From contig CP060227.1 in NCBI GenBank assembly GCA_023898525.1, forward strand, positions 365,634 through 429,633: DNA of 64,000 nt. Reading direction: 5' to 3'. Below are positions 9,739 to 20,457 of the stretch, piece by piece. The notes under the pieces were generated by a model. It saw nothing but the letters and a program-made list of their open reading frames with translations. It searched no databases and was not told the origin of the DNA. How positions within the stretch are numbered: the first letter of the stretch is position 1; each line of letters starts with the position of its first letter. Both the position numbers and the translations under genes were made by a program. This DNA is from Candidatus Nomurabacteria bacterium (GTDB lineage: Bacteria; Patescibacteriota; Minisyncoccia; Phycocordibacterales; UBA918).

Positions 9739-11915
9739 CCTGCCTGAGGCTCATTTCCAGCCTTAATATTTTCAGCGAAACATGTAGCCATTTTACTAAA
9801 CGACGGTTTGGCCTCTGCTCCACTTTCAAGGGCTTTAACAGCCTCTTCTTTATTCCCTTGTTTGTAATGAAGAAAAGATAACGAAACCCAATTTTGTTCA
9901 TTGGCCGGATCCTTCTCTATTCTAGCTTCGTATAGTTTTATTAAGAAATCAATATCATTTACTTGGTTCACAACGCTAAGAAGAAAATCATTAGAGGAGA
10001 TCCTACTTAACACATCATCGCTATTGGCCAGAGATTTGGCCTCATCACCCTGGTTATTAAGAAACAACATGGACATATAAAACTGCAAGGCTTCAGTGTT
10101 ACGGTGGTCAAGATCATAAGATTCTTTGAAAAAATCTTTAGCCGTCTCATAGTCACCCTGGCTATAAGCTACAATACCCTGCTGTGAAATAATTGACTGC
10201 TTTTCCGGAGAAAGATCACGAGCAATTGCCATTTGCTTGGCAGCTTCATCCAAATTTCCAATCGCACGATAAAAACTGCCTACAAAGACATGGACCCTGG
10301 CATCACCTGGTTTCCACTCAATCAAATTCAACAGTTCTTGTTCGGATCTTGTTACATACTGCTTCTTAATGTCGTCTGGAATTTTTGAGTCCTGCATTAT
10401 ATTCATCGCTTGTTGAGCTAACTGCTCAACAATCTCTTGATAAGCAAACGAATCGCGACTAAGTGCACGATCAAATGCCTCTAACCGTAATTCCGGATCA
10501 TTGGTACTGTAGCCATCTATTATGTCACCGGCGGCTCGCATACCAGGAACCTGCAAAGTATAAATAACCAAGACAACAACCACCGCTGCCACCGGCAAAG
10601 CGAATTGGTTAATTAAACTTTTATCAACCTTTATTTTATCAATTACCGCAATAGGGGTACCGACACGACTATGGATAAGAGCTAATATAACCGCAAAGAA
10701 AATGTAGCTGATAATATTATCGAACACTACCAGGTTGTGTGTGAAGTAACCAGTCAATATACCAAGCAGAACCGCCCGCTCTAATACAGTGAAAGTCTCG
10801 TCATCTTTTTGGCGAAGAGGCACAACTATCAAGTAATACAGACACGCAACAAAGATACTGAGATAAGCAATCAAACCAAGAAAACCACCAGTCACCAGCC
10901 AGTCCATGATTATATTGTGAGACCGGTCAAACCACTGTTCTTGATCAAACAAGAAAGGATCGTATTGCTCGTTAAATACATAGTTGAAGTTACTCTGACC
11001 CCAACCCAACACCGGGCGTTCTTTCACCCCTTCCCAGGCCATACCCCAGATAGTGCCTCGCACCTTAAGGTCTTCCGCTAAATTGATATTAGCGATACGA
11101 GACAGGTTAGGACTATCTTGAATAAAAGCAGTATCTTTGCCCAAAACAAAAACACCAACCCCAATAAACAGTAAGACAAAAAAACCAATAGCTACTTTTT
11201 GCAATTCTTTATATCGAGCACCAAAGATAGCAATATAGCCAATCATCACCGTAAGTCCCACACCAAGGCCCAAAGCCGTACCGCGTGTACCAGTCTCAAT
11301 CAAAGTAAAGATGAATAATATTGACAGAAGACCATAGATAGCACGATGCCAGTTCACCTTACTTTCAACCAACATCCACAGAGCAATAAAGATGTGAAAT
11401 AGCATGTATATAGCCAAATACGCAGCATTACCTAAGTAACTTTCTATACGGTTTTTTCCGTAGTTAACATCACCCAATTGCGACATACCGTAGAGAGCTA
11501 CGATAAAAGCTACAACTAAGGTCGTGTGCAAGAAGTAGCTCCAAAGCTTTTTGGTGGTAAGAACACTACCCAACACCAACACATACAAAAATACGTGCAC
11601 CAACGTAATATAGCCATCCATACGTTCAAAGTTACTCCAAAAACTTGACGGTGGATGCTTACCAAAGAGATCAGCAAAAAACATTACAACCAGGAGTAAA
11701 ACAAATCCAGACAACACCCACGAGAACTTCGGTCGATACTTAACTTCCGACAAAGCCAAAACCACCCAGGCCACAAAAGCCAGCTCAACTAAGATTCGGA
11801 AAGCGAAGTTTTTACCAGTAATAAATGGAAAGAAATAATCATTAGCGACATAAAGTGTCAAAAAAGGTACAGCGAAAAGGCCACCGTATACCACTGCTTT
11901 TATAAAACTATTCAT
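9729..11915 (-). CDS. polytopic membrane protein of the O-antigen ligase/Wzy_C family fused to a C-terminal TPR-repeat domain
   Basis: 728 aa; about 12 TM segments in the N-terminal 430 aa with a Wzy_C-like loop region, then a TPR-like helical-repeat region (YSQGDYETAKDFFKES..., LHYKQGNKEEAVKALES); overlaps murB by 10 bp. Confidence 0.6.
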   Translation of the reverse strand: MNSFIKAVVYGGLFAVPFLTLYVANDYFFPFITGKNFAFRILVELAFVAWVVLALSEVKYRPKFSWVLSGFVLLLVVMFFADLFGKHPPSSFWSNFERMDGYITLVHVFLYVLVLGSVLTTKKLWSYFLHTTLVVAFIVALYGMSQLGDVNYGKNRIESYLGNAAYLAIYMLFHIFIALWMLVESKVNWHRAIYGLLSILFIFTLIETGTRGTALGLGVGLTVMIGYIAIFGARYKELQKVAIGFFVLLFIGVGVFVLGKDTAFIQDSPNLSRIANINLAEDLKVRGTIWGMAWEGVKERPVLGWGQSNFNYVFNEQYDPFLFDQEQWFDRSHNIIMDWLVTGGFLGLIAYLSIFVACLYYLIVVPLRQKDDETFTVLERAVLLGILTGYFTHNLVVFDNIISYIFFAVILALIHSRVGTPIAVIDKIKVDKSLINQFALPVAAVVVVLVIYTLQVPGMRAAGDIIDGYSTNDPELRLEAFDRALSRDSFAYQEIVEQLAQQAMNIMQDSKIPDDIKKQYVTRSEQELLNLIEWKPGDARVHVFVGSFYRAIGNLDEAAKQMAIARDLSPEKQSIISQQGIVAYSQGDYETAKDFFKESYDLDHRNTEALQFYMSMLFLNNQGDEAKSLANSDDVLSRISSNDFLLSVVNQVNDIDFLIKLYEARIEKDPANEQNWVSLSFLHYKQGNKEEAVKALESGAEAKPSFSKMATCFAENIKAGNEPQAGCQ

Positions 11916-12057
11916 ATGTGTGTCAATATAACATATTTAAAAAATACTATGCTCTAGACTATACAGAGTATGGTACTCGTAATATGGCTTTAACCACAGT
12001 TACTTAAGTAGTATTTTAAATGTTATACTGCTTAACACCTTGTAGTACATACCCTGT

Positions 12058-12837
12058 ATGAAGAAACTAATCACCACTATTGTCAATGGAATAAGATATG
12101 AGCCCGTCGCTTTTTTTCACTATTGTTTATCTTTTTTAATTTACCCTCACTCTGTTGATTTTCATAAAAAAACTCCAACCGAACTAAAAGACGACTTAAA
12201 GAAGGGCAAGTCCCTTATCAGGGTGGGCGATGGTGAGGCCATGTTGCTTATGGGACGATCTATCCATTTTCAAACCTTTGATAATAAATTAAGAAGCGAC
12301 TTAAAACAGATTGTTACTGAGTACAACCCTGACAGCAATTACGTGTTAGCGGTGCCCCACTTTGCACTAACAGAACCATTTCCCTCACTTAAAAAAAGAA
12401 GTCGCAATAAAATATGGAGACTTTTTCGCGTGCTATTTAAACGCCTGTTTAATAACCAAAGCGCTTATGCTGATGCTGTCATGTTTTATCACAAAGGAGT
12501 ATTTGAAAGCACGATATTGCCCATAATCTCAGATAAAAAAGTACTAGTACTAGCTATGGATAGTGTTCAAAAGCCACTGACTAAGTATTTCAACAAACAT
12601 TCAATCGATTTTAGTTTTGTACCCGTTCCAATTAGCAATGCTTTTTTTAGCGTAACTTACCTAATGGAACAGGTGAAAAATTTAGCTAAAAATAAGAACG
12701 CTACAGTATTAATCGCGGCTGGGCCAGCAGGAAAAGTTCTCGCTTATCGAGTTTTAGAACATAATATACAATGTATTGACATAGGTCACGGCATAGAAAT
12801 ACTAGGTCAAGAAGAAGATTATTCTTCCCGACTATAA
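12058..12837 (+). CDS. GT-D fold glycosyltransferase (DUF1792 family)
   Basis: SLIRVGDGEAMLL motif and overall length match DUF1792; paralog of 15248..16057. Confidence 0.55.
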   Translation: MKKLITTIVNGIRYEPVAFFHYCLSFLIYPHSVDFHKKTPTELKDDLKKGKSLIRVGDGEAMLLMGRSIHFQTFDNKLRSDLKQIVTEYNPDSNYVLAVPHFALTEPFPSLKKRSRNKIWRLFRVLFKRLFNNQSAYADAVMFYHKGVFESTILPIISDKKVLVLAMDSVQKPLTKYFNKHSIDFSFVPVPISNAFFSVTYLMEQVKNLAKNKNATVLIAAGPAGKVLAYRVLEHNIQCIDIGHGIEILGQEEDYSSRL

Positions 12838-12869
12838 ATTATTACCTTACATTTTTTGAAACATCTAGC

Positions 12870-13628
12870 ATGAAAGCCTTTATCATAAATTTAGCTAAAG
12901 ACAAAGAACGACGCCAGTTCATGGAGGAACAGATGCGTAAATTAAATATTCCTTATGAAATAATAACTGGCACCGTTGGTGCAGGACTATCTATCAAAGA
13001 TCGTAACACCTTATATAGTCCTGACTTAGCCATGAAAGAAAACGGTCACGAACTGTCAAATTCACAAATTGGCATAGCTGATTCTCACCGCAAAGCCTAC
13101 GAAAGAATTCTGCAAGAAAAATTACCTTGGGCGCTAATACTAGAGGACGATGTGTTACTGGATCAACGAATTATATCTGTGCTTGATGACAAATTTGTAA
13201 CTGAAAGCGGAGCTGACTGGATACAAATTGATTACGTTCCAATGAATAATACTTTTATTACAAATTGGATAAAGGCGACGATAAAACGAACAAATAAGAG
13301 TCACCGTTTTATATTTTACGCACTAGTAAAAATACCCTGGCTAATTTTATGGGGAATGTATGAATATACCCGCGAACTACTAGCAAGAAAAGGCAGACCC
13401 AGGGCGGTAAATTTTCTACGTCCTTTATATCTAGCTAGTGCATACATAGTTACCGACAAAGGTATAAAAAAAATGCAGCCACTCTACTCTCCATTACGAT
13501 TTGCGGCGGACAGACTGCAAAATCAAGCCAGAATAAAAAATAATCTACATCTGAAAGCTGTGGTACCATTACTGGCGAAGCAAGAAAGAGAAAGATTTGC
13601 CTCTAATCAAATATACGACAATGAATAA
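12870..13628 (+). CDS. glycosyltransferase family 25 (LPS/LOS beta-1,4-galactosyltransferase-like)
   Basis: N-terminus MKAFIINLAKDKERRQFMEEQ is typical of GT25 (Lic2B/LgtB); ILEDD acidic motif. Confidence 0.7.
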   Translation: MKAFIINLAKDKERRQFMEEQMRKLNIPYEIITGTVGAGLSIKDRNTLYSPDLAMKENGHELSNSQIGIADSHRKAYERILQEKLPWALILEDDVLLDQRIISVLDDKFVTESGADWIQIDYVPMNNTFITNWIKATIKRTNKSHRFIFYALVKIPWLILWGMYEYTRELLARKGRPRAVNFLRPLYLASAYIVTDKGIKKMQPLYSPLRFAADRLQNQARIKNNLHLKAVVPLLAKQERERFASNQIYDNE

Positions 13629-14415
13629 AGTAATAAGAATACTAAAAAGGGATGGTTTGGTCTTTACCATCAAACGAGCTGTGGCTTGGCTAATTGGACA
13701 TTCACCGTTTTGGGATAAGCTATCATTTAAGTTTTACAAAAACTATAGGCTGACTTTCGCTCCCTCCATGCTTACGTATGTCCTTTTTGCGCAAAAAACC
13801 GCCCGCGACGAAGACACAAAGGTCTTGGAGAGATTCTTAAGTGCAGGCGATATTGTTATTGATGTTGGGGCTCATATCGGTAGTACAGCCATAGTATCGG
13901 CTGACAAGGTAGGAAAAGACGGAAAGGTTCTGGCTTTTGAAGCATCTAAAAAATTCTATAAAATACTGACCACAAACGTGGACATCAATAGATTATCAAG
14001 CATAGTAACCTGCTTTCCGTTTGCTGTCGGTGACAAAAAAACAAAAGTTTTTATTAACGAGTCGGTCGCTGACGACACCACAAACTATGTGGGCGAGACA
14101 GGAAACTCTGTAGAACAAATAATCTTAGACGACTACACCAAAGACTTGCACGAAGTTAACTTTCTAAAGATTGATGTTGAAGGATATGAACCAGCGGTAC
14201 TAAGCGGAGCAACCGAAACCCTCCAAAAAACTAAGTATGTTTACATTGAATTCTGTACTGATAACTTTAAGAATCTAGGTAGTGACCCCAACGAGATCAT
14301 AGATGTATTAACAGATATCTTTACCTTACATACCTTAATTGATGATAAACTTAATCCGTTTGAATACAAAAATAATGAAAAGTACGCTACCAATATATTA
14401 GCTATTAAAAAATAA
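13621..14415 (+). CDS. FkbM-family SAM-dependent methyltransferase
   Basis: VIDVGAHIGSTA ... LKIDVEGYE are Methyltransf_21/FkbM hallmarks; start moved to the internal Met (MNKVIRIL) to avoid overlap. Confidence 0.7.
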   Translation: MNKVIRILKRDGLVFTIKRAVAWLIGHSPFWDKLSFKFYKNYRLTFAPSMLTYVLFAQKTARDEDTKVLERFLSAGDIVIDVGAHIGSTAIVSADKVGKDGKVLAFEASKKFYKILTTNVDINRLSSIVTCFPFAVGDKKTKVFINESVADDTTNYVGETGNSVEQIILDDYTKDLHEVNFLKIDVEGYEPAVLSGATETLQKTKYVYIEFCTDNFKNLGSDPNEIIDVLTDIFTLHTLIDDKLNPFEYKNNEKYATNILAIKK

Positions 14416-14417
14416 TT

Positions 14418-15224
14418 ATGCCCCCACACGTAAAAATAAAATTATTGCTAAAGAAATTATTACCGGAACAAATTTTTGGTATAGTGTTAAAATTATGGAG
14501 AAAAACACTAGCACCCTTTTTTGCTTATAATCCTGATCAAAAATATTATGATCTATATGTAGCTGAAAAAGGACTCGTAGTAAGCGGCGGTCCATTTGTT
14601 GGCATGAAATATATAGAAGAGTCAGCCGGCAGTGTACTATTTCACAAGCTGGTTGGTTATTATGAATCTATCCTGCACCCAACATTAGAGCAAATAAAAA
14701 ATGAGAAATATGACACCATAATCGATATTGGTTGCGCAGAAGGATACTACCTAGTAGGCTTAGGAAGATATCTTTCTGATGTCCATCTAATAGGCTACGA
14801 TATAGACGAGAGAGCCTTGACTCTGGTTGAGAAACTTGCCTCAGAGAACAACCTAAAGAACAAAGTGACTCTTGATAAGAAGTGTACACCAGAAAAATTA
14901 TCTGCTCAGATAACGCCCAACACACTACTTATCTGTGACGCTGAAGGTTTTGAGGAAAAAATATTAAACCCAGAAATCTGTCCAGCATTACTTAATGTTA
15001 AAAAGATGATTATTGAGACGCATGATTTTGCGGCGCCCAGTGTGGAGAAAAAGCTAAAAGATCGTTTTTCAAAAAGCCACGAAATATCTTCCGTAACCTA
15101 TCAAATGGCTGAGACTGACAAATACCCGTTTCTTCAACAGATTTCGAATAATAGAGATTTATACTACCTACTACGTGAACGAGGTGAGCAAGAGCAGGTC
15201 TGGCTGATAATGACAAAGAAGTAG
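14418..15224 (+). CDS. class I SAM-dependent methyltransferase (putative sugar O-methyltransferase)
   Basis: motif I IIDIGCAEGYY; acidic post-motif residues; sits within the glycan cluster. Confidence 0.55.
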   Translation: MPPHVKIKLLLKKLLPEQIFGIVLKLWRKTLAPFFAYNPDQKYYDLYVAEKGLVVSGGPFVGMKYIEESAGSVLFHKLVGYYESILHPTLEQIKNEKYDTIIDIGCAEGYYLVGLGRYLSDVHLIGYDIDERALTLVEKLASENNLKNKVTLDKKCTPEKLSAQITPNTLLICDAEGFEEKILNPEICPALLNVKKMIIETHDFAAPSVEKKLKDRFSKSHEISSVTYQMAETDKYPFLQQISNNRDLYYLLRERGEQEQVWLIMTKK

Positions 15225-15247
15225 AAACTCTGCACCATAAGTAGCCT

Positions 15248-16057
15248 CTAGTTTAAATCAGGATAGATGATGTGATCTATGCGTTCATCTGTATAAGCCA
15301 CCTCAATTCCCCGACCAACATCAATCGACACCACTCCCTCCTTGGCTAATTCATAAACCAGCAACTTGCTGGCTGGCCCAAACGCCGCCAAGACAATCGT
15401 TTTTGATTTTCCATGTCTAGCCACCTCATCTAACACCTCTTTCTTTATTTGGTCATATTGATCAAAAGCATTGTTTTCAGGTGTTTCGACAAAAGATACG
15501 TCTGAGAATGGAATCGATTTATTGGCTTTAAACTTTTCTATACTATGCTGTCTGGTAACCAGCACCAAATGCCTGGTCTTTAAGAACGCTTCAAAATACT
15601 CTGGGAAAGTTTCATTATAGTAGAATAAAGTTGCATCAAAATACTTAGCTTTTTTGTTGAAGTATATTTCATAAAATGACTTCATTGGCATCCAACAGTT
15701 TAGTAGCTTGTCTTTTCGAAGTGTGCTATTTGACTTGGATATCGGTGTTTTATTTAAACCAATAACACACGATGACGATTCATCGTATTCGCTAATGATC
15801 TTAAAAAAAACTTCTTTGAGCTTTGGTTCAAATTTTTGGTAGCCAATGTTGCCATTATTCATTATATAAACCTCTCCATCACCAATTCTCACTAGGGATT
15901 TACCTGCCCGCAAAACATCTTCAAGTTCATCTAATTCATAATATTTTATGTCTGGTATGAAATTTGGATTAAAGTAATTTATAGCATAAGTAAACAAATA
16001 CCTCGGATTACCAAGATGAAGTTTTAAATATCGAATTGTTCGCTTTAGATAATTCAT
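15248..16057 (-). CDS. GT-D fold glycosyltransferase (DUF1792 family), second copy
   Basis: SLVRIGDGEVYIM motif; 269 aa; paralog of 12058..12837. Confidence 0.55.
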   Translation of the reverse strand: MNYLKRTIRYLKLHLGNPRYLFTYAINYFNPNFIPDIKYYELDELEDVLRAGKSLVRIGDGEVYIMNNGNIGYQKFEPKLKEVFFKIISEYDESSSCVIGLNKTPISKSNSTLRKDKLLNCWMPMKSFYEIYFNKKAKYFDATLFYYNETFPEYFEAFLKTRHLVLVTRQHSIEKFKANKSIPFSDVSFVETPENNAFDQYDQIKKEVLDEVARHGKSKTIVLAAFGPASKLLVYELAKEGVVSIDVGRGIEVAYTDERIDHIIYPDLN

Positions 16058-16059
16058 GC

Positions 16060-16971
16060 TTATAGATTAAAATCTGCACTTGAGAGATTTTGTTTAGAAC
16101 ACAAGTAATTAGTCACCCCATTAGCAAACTCTTGTACTTTATATATCTTTTTTTGTCCCTCATCAATAGCGATGATCTCATACTCCTGTGGCAGCATGTT
16201 ATACAAGCGCGAAAAATAATCTTTGTTCAAAATCTCTATCATGAAAGTAAGCCTTCTGCTTCGCATAGCATTAACCATACCCTGTAACACTCTCTCCTCA
16301 GCACCTTCAACATCTATCTTACACAAAACACTTAAATCATCTGTTATATTAAGTTCGTCCAAAAAAGCATCGACTGTAGTCATAGGACACGGTAATTCTG
16401 TCATAACATTACCTTGTCGGTAATTATTTGCAAACTCTTTGTTTACAGAGGCAACATCAACCCAGCCTGAGCGTGGTATATACAGAGTTTCACTACCTAT
16501 TCTATCCCCAATTAATTGGGTCTTGAGAAAAATATTATTTGGTTGATTAAGCTCTATATTTTTCTCCAACATCTTTACCACATCAGGCACTGGTTCAAAC
16601 GCATAAATTTTGGCCTCTGAATTTGTCGTAGCAATAAGCGAATATACTCCGGTATTTGCTCCTATGTCTAAAACAATATCCGATTGTTTTACTAGAGCTG
16701 ACCACAACTTAAGCTGTGTCGACTCCCACTCTCCAAAAATTCCATACCAGAAAATAAACATTTCTATCGGCTGGTTGTATGATTGCAGATAAAGTCTTTT
16801 GTTGTTAACTACAAAATCAACCACACCGCGATAGTCTAGCTTCTCTGCAAATCGATAATATGGCAACTTAAACCCTAAGTTACGCATTGTATGTTGTATC
16901 CACTCGAATTTAAGCAAAGGATAAATTATGTTAAATATCTTCTCTATACCTAGTTTAATTTTCTTACTCAT
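16060..16971 (-). CDS. FkbM-family methyltransferase, second copy
   Basis: LDIGANTGVYS ... KIDVEGAEE. Confidence 0.7.
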   Translation of the reverse strand: MSKKIKLGIEKIFNIIYPLLKFEWIQHTMRNLGFKLPYYRFAEKLDYRGVVDFVVNNKRLYLQSYNQPIEMFIFWYGIFGEWESTQLKLWSALVKQSDIVLDIGANTGVYSLIATTNSEAKIYAFEPVPDVVKMLEKNIELNQPNNIFLKTQLIGDRIGSETLYIPRSGWVDVASVNKEFANNYRQGNVMTELPCPMTTVDAFLDELNITDDLSVLCKIDVEGAEERVLQGMVNAMRSRRLTFMIEILNKDYFSRLYNMLPQEYEIIAIDEGQKKIYKVQEFANGVTNYLCSKQNLSSADFNL

Positions 16972-17189
16972 TTTATTCTTACGTTAGACCATATATAAAT
17001 TACAATTGTATACTAAATGCGTTACCCAGCATAAGTATTACATACAATCCTAGACTTAAGAAATTCCTGACTTGCTAGATTTTTGTCTTAAGCTATCAGA
17101 CACTTTGTATGCTGATATCTTTTTCTAATCCCAGATCATACGATATACATATTCTATGATATATTAATTCGTATCATCCTGCCCTTACT

Positions 17190-18461
17190 ATGTTCAACCT
17201 AAATAGTCTGTTAGTCAAAATTTCCGCTCATAATCCTAGGCGTTATTTTAAAAGCGCTATTTGGCTTAGTATGTCAAAAGCAATCTCAATGGTGATTTCT
17301 ATTATTGCCACCTTTTATATAGCCAGAACACTTGGTCCACAAAACTTTGGTGAGTTATCATATGCGCAAAGTGTTATCGGCATCTTAGCTTTATTTGGCG
17401 CCCTTACCGGCGTACTGTACCGAGACATCGTAAAACATCCAGAGCGAGAAAACACCCTCCTCGGTACAGCATGGACAATTTCTTTTTCAACCGCCTTTAT
17501 GACGAGTGTATTAGCCCTTGGGTATGCTTTTTTTACTCCTCACGATCAGTTGACAATTGCGGTTATTGCCATACTTTGTGTAGCACAATTCATCACCCCT
17601 TTTTCCGTTATCCAAAATGTATTTTACTCTAAAACGGAAACCAAACGACTATCCATCATAACCCTAACCAATCACCTACTTATTTCTACAGCAAAAATAG
17701 TAGTAATGGTTCTGGATCAAGGTGTTTTGGTGCTAGCCTCAATATTGGTCTTTGAGCAAGTGCTCATAGCCACGTCGCTACTAATTCTATACAAGATTAC
17801 TTTCAATAAAGTAGCTTGGTCTTGGCAATTTGACCTATTTTATGCAAAACAACTAGTTAAGGATTCCTTTCCCTTCATGATTGTAGCCGCCAGTGCCGCT
17901 ATCGCCGCCAGAATAGACCAGATCTTTATAAAACACTCCATAAACATAGAGACAGTAGGTTTTTATGGGGCGGCCGTACAAATGACCGAAATGTGGCAAT
18001 TCCTCCCCGGGATTATCCTTACCGCAATTTTTCCAGCCATCGTAAACGCCAGACACAACCTGAGCGTACATAACCGTCGACTTTTAGCTTTAGTTGGTGG
18101 CTTCATCGGCTACGGAGTGGTTTTGTCATTAATTATTTATATATTCGCACCAAAAATAATCACAATTATATACGGAGAAGCATTTTTTGAAAGTATTCAA
18201 TTATTGCAGATATATATCTGGTCTCTAACTGGCACCATCTTAACCTTCATCATGCAAACGGTAATGATGAACGAAAACTTCTACCGAATACAAATCTACA
18301 CCGCTGTTATACCGATGATATTAAATGTTATACTAAATATCATTTTGATACCAAAAATGGGTGCGCCTGGAGCAGCTTTTGCAACAGTTATCTCTTACTC
18401 TATAAACCCACTTGTCCCTCTACTCTTTAAACCAATGAGAAGACTATTTTGGCAAAAGTAA
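17190..18461 (+). CDS. wzx: Wzx-like oligosaccharide flippase (polysaccharide biosynthesis protein, MOP superfamily)
   Basis: 423 aa; 12-14 TM segments; N-terminal pattern typical of Wzx/RfbX. Confidence 0.7.
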   Translation: MFNLNSLLVKISAHNPRRYFKSAIWLSMSKAISMVISIIATFYIARTLGPQNFGELSYAQSVIGILALFGALTGVLYRDIVKHPERENTLLGTAWTISFSTAFMTSVLALGYAFFTPHDQLTIAVIAILCVAQFITPFSVIQNVFYSKTETKRLSIITLTNHLLISTAKIVVMVLDQGVLVLASILVFEQVLIATSLLILYKITFNKVAWSWQFDLFYAKQLVKDSFPFMIVAASAAIAARIDQIFIKHSINIETVGFYGAAVQMTEMWQFLPGIILTAIFPAIVNARHNLSVHNRRLLALVGGFIGYGVVLSLIIYIFAPKIITIIYGEAFFESIQLLQIYIWSLTGTILTFIMQTVMMNENFYRIQIYTAVIPMILNVILNIILIPKMGAPGAAFATVISYSINPLVPLLFKPMRRLFWQK

Positions 18462-19322
18462 TAAGTTCGCTTGTTGATAAGAAAAATCTTTTACCCATTT
18501 TTTCACATCATCAATCACAAAATCACCATGATCAACATCAATAATCTGATAGCTCAGGGACTCAAAATATGACAACATCAAAAGACCAACGTCTAAACCC
18601 CTATCGCCCCAAAGCGTTGGTGAGTATTCTAATATAATTGCGGGCTTATCCTTTTCTATCGTATTTTTAAGACCCTTAACCACCTCAAATTCATAGCCTT
18701 CAGTGTCTATTTTTATCATATCTACCTTCCTTTTTTCACCGAGCAATAAATCATCTGGTATACACACTTCCACTTCTTCCGTTTCAGCGTTTTCTGTTGT
18801 GGCAACTAATGACGACCCGCCCAAATTATCTTTTTTCAAACTTATATTTGATACCAACACTTCATCGCCACAGGCTTTACGTACCAAACTAACTCTACCT
18901 TCAAAACCATTCAACTTGACACTGTCATACAATTGATCGGCCAAAAAAGAAACCGGTTCAAAAGCGACGACCTTACCGCCCTCGCCGACGACAGAAGCGG
19001 CAAATAATGTATGTTGTCCAATATTCGCACCAATATCGACAAAGAAACCTCCTTTGGGTAAGTATTTGTCTATTTTTGCTAATATATGGGGCTCATACAC
19101 GTCGCCAATAAATATGGATCTATCCACTAATCCGTTTTTGGGATCTAACCAAATAGAAAATTTGTGATTACCATATTTTGCAACATGAACCACCTTCTTC
19201 TTAAATCTACTCACTTTATAGTTTCGCCATAATGAGAAAAAAGGGATAAAAACAGTAAATAATCCTGAGTAGATTTTTGGAAACTTTTCTCTTATGTATG
19301 TTCTTATTTCGTAAGGTCTCAT
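18444..19322 (-). CDS. FkbM-family methyltransferase, third copy
   Basis: VDIGANIGQHT ... KIDTEGYEFE. Confidence 0.7.
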   Translation of the reverse strand: MRPYEIRTYIREKFPKIYSGLFTVFIPFFSLWRNYKVSRFKKKVVHVAKYGNHKFSIWLDPKNGLVDRSIFIGDVYEPHILAKIDKYLPKGGFFVDIGANIGQHTLFAASVVGEGGKVVAFEPVSFLADQLYDSVKLNGFEGRVSLVRKACGDEVLVSNISLKKDNLGGSSLVATTENAETEEVEVCIPDDLLLGEKRKVDMIKIDTEGYEFEVVKGLKNTIEKDKPAIILEYSPTLWGDRGLDVGLLMLSYFESLSYQIIDVDHGDFVIDDVKKWVKDFSYQQANLLLLPK

Positions 19323-19332
19323 AATAGCAAAA

Positions 19333-20457
19333 TTAAAAATTATTTTTATCTACTTGCTCCACCTCTTTTATAAACAAAGACACCATTCTTTCTATCGAAA
19401 ATTGTAACACTCGATGACGCGCGACAGAACCCATAACAGATAATTTAGTGGTATCAAAACACTTATCTAGAGCGTCACAAAGAGCACCAACATTCCCGGT
19501 TTCAAAAATAAAGCCGGTAGTCTCGTCACTCACATAGACATTGGAACCAACCGTGTCGCTAGTAATGGTTGGCAACCCGCAAGCCATCGCCTCAGGTACC
19601 ACTATCCCTATAGCCTCGTTATAACTTGGCAATACTAAAACATCATGCTGATAGTATAAGTCGGGTATTTTTGAAACTGGCACAGTCGGTAAAATATTTA
19701 TTACATTTTCTAAATTGTTTAACTCAATCATCTTTCTCACCTTTTTCATCCCAACGGTATCACGACCAATTAACGTTACAGACACCGATCTGCCCTTTTT
19801 AACTAGTACTGAAACAGCCTCTATAAGGTCAGAATGACGCTTAAATGGCACGAAACGAGAATTCATAATAACACGTAGTTTATTATCTGGTAGCCAAATT
19901 TTATTCGTAGCTGGTGAAAATGAATCTGTATCTACCGGATTAGGCATAACTACCACTCTCGCCCCTGGTAACTTCTCATTAAAAAAATCCTTACCTTCTT
20001 CACTAAACACAAAGACTGTATTGATTTCCTTCTCTCTTCTAAGAAAAAAGAAGATTACCCTCATGATAGCAGAAGAGATAAAATTTCTTGGCCACCTTTT
20101 GGTCTCGCTGTACAAGATCATTTTTTTCCCTTTATGTTTTCGGACATAAGATACACACTGCCAAAAATATCCATGAAAAAAATCAGTTACCACCAAGACG
20201 TCAGGGTTCTCCTTATCTAGTGCTTCGCCCAGATTAGTAAAAGAAACCGGCCACGATAGTTGAGTTGCCACCTTAGTCAAGATATCTGAAATAATGCTGG
20301 TCTTTGGTATTAAAGCAACCACCCGATTACTAAAATCTGAAGGTAATTTAGGAACGAAACGCTCGTCACAAAATAGAATATGTTCGCATCTATTGCCGAG
20401 CTCCTTGTAGTGCGCCAGGGTAAAAATTGGCATCATGGTAGCTATCTTCAATTTCAT
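19333..20457 (-). CDS. glycosyltransferase family 4 (GT-B)
   Basis: C-terminal Glycos_transf_1 motifs (PSYNEAIGIVVPEAMACGLPTITS...GF). Confidence 0.8.
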   Translation of the reverse strand: MKLKIATMMPIFTLAHYKELGNRCEHILFCDERFVPKLPSDFSNRVVALIPKTSIISDILTKVATQLSWPVSFTNLGEALDKENPDVLVVTDFFHGYFWQCVSYVRKHKGKKMILYSETKRWPRNFISSAIMRVIFFFLRREKEINTVFVFSEEGKDFFNEKLPGARVVVMPNPVDTDSFSPATNKIWLPDNKLRVIMNSRFVPFKRHSDLIEAVSVLVKKGRSVSVTLIGRDTVGMKKVRKMIELNNLENVINILPTVPVSKIPDLYYQHDVLVLPSYNEAIGIVVPEAMACGLPTITSDTVGSNVYVSDETTGFIFETGNVGALCDALDKCFDTTKLSVMGSVARHRVLQFSIERMVSLFIKEVEQVDKNNF

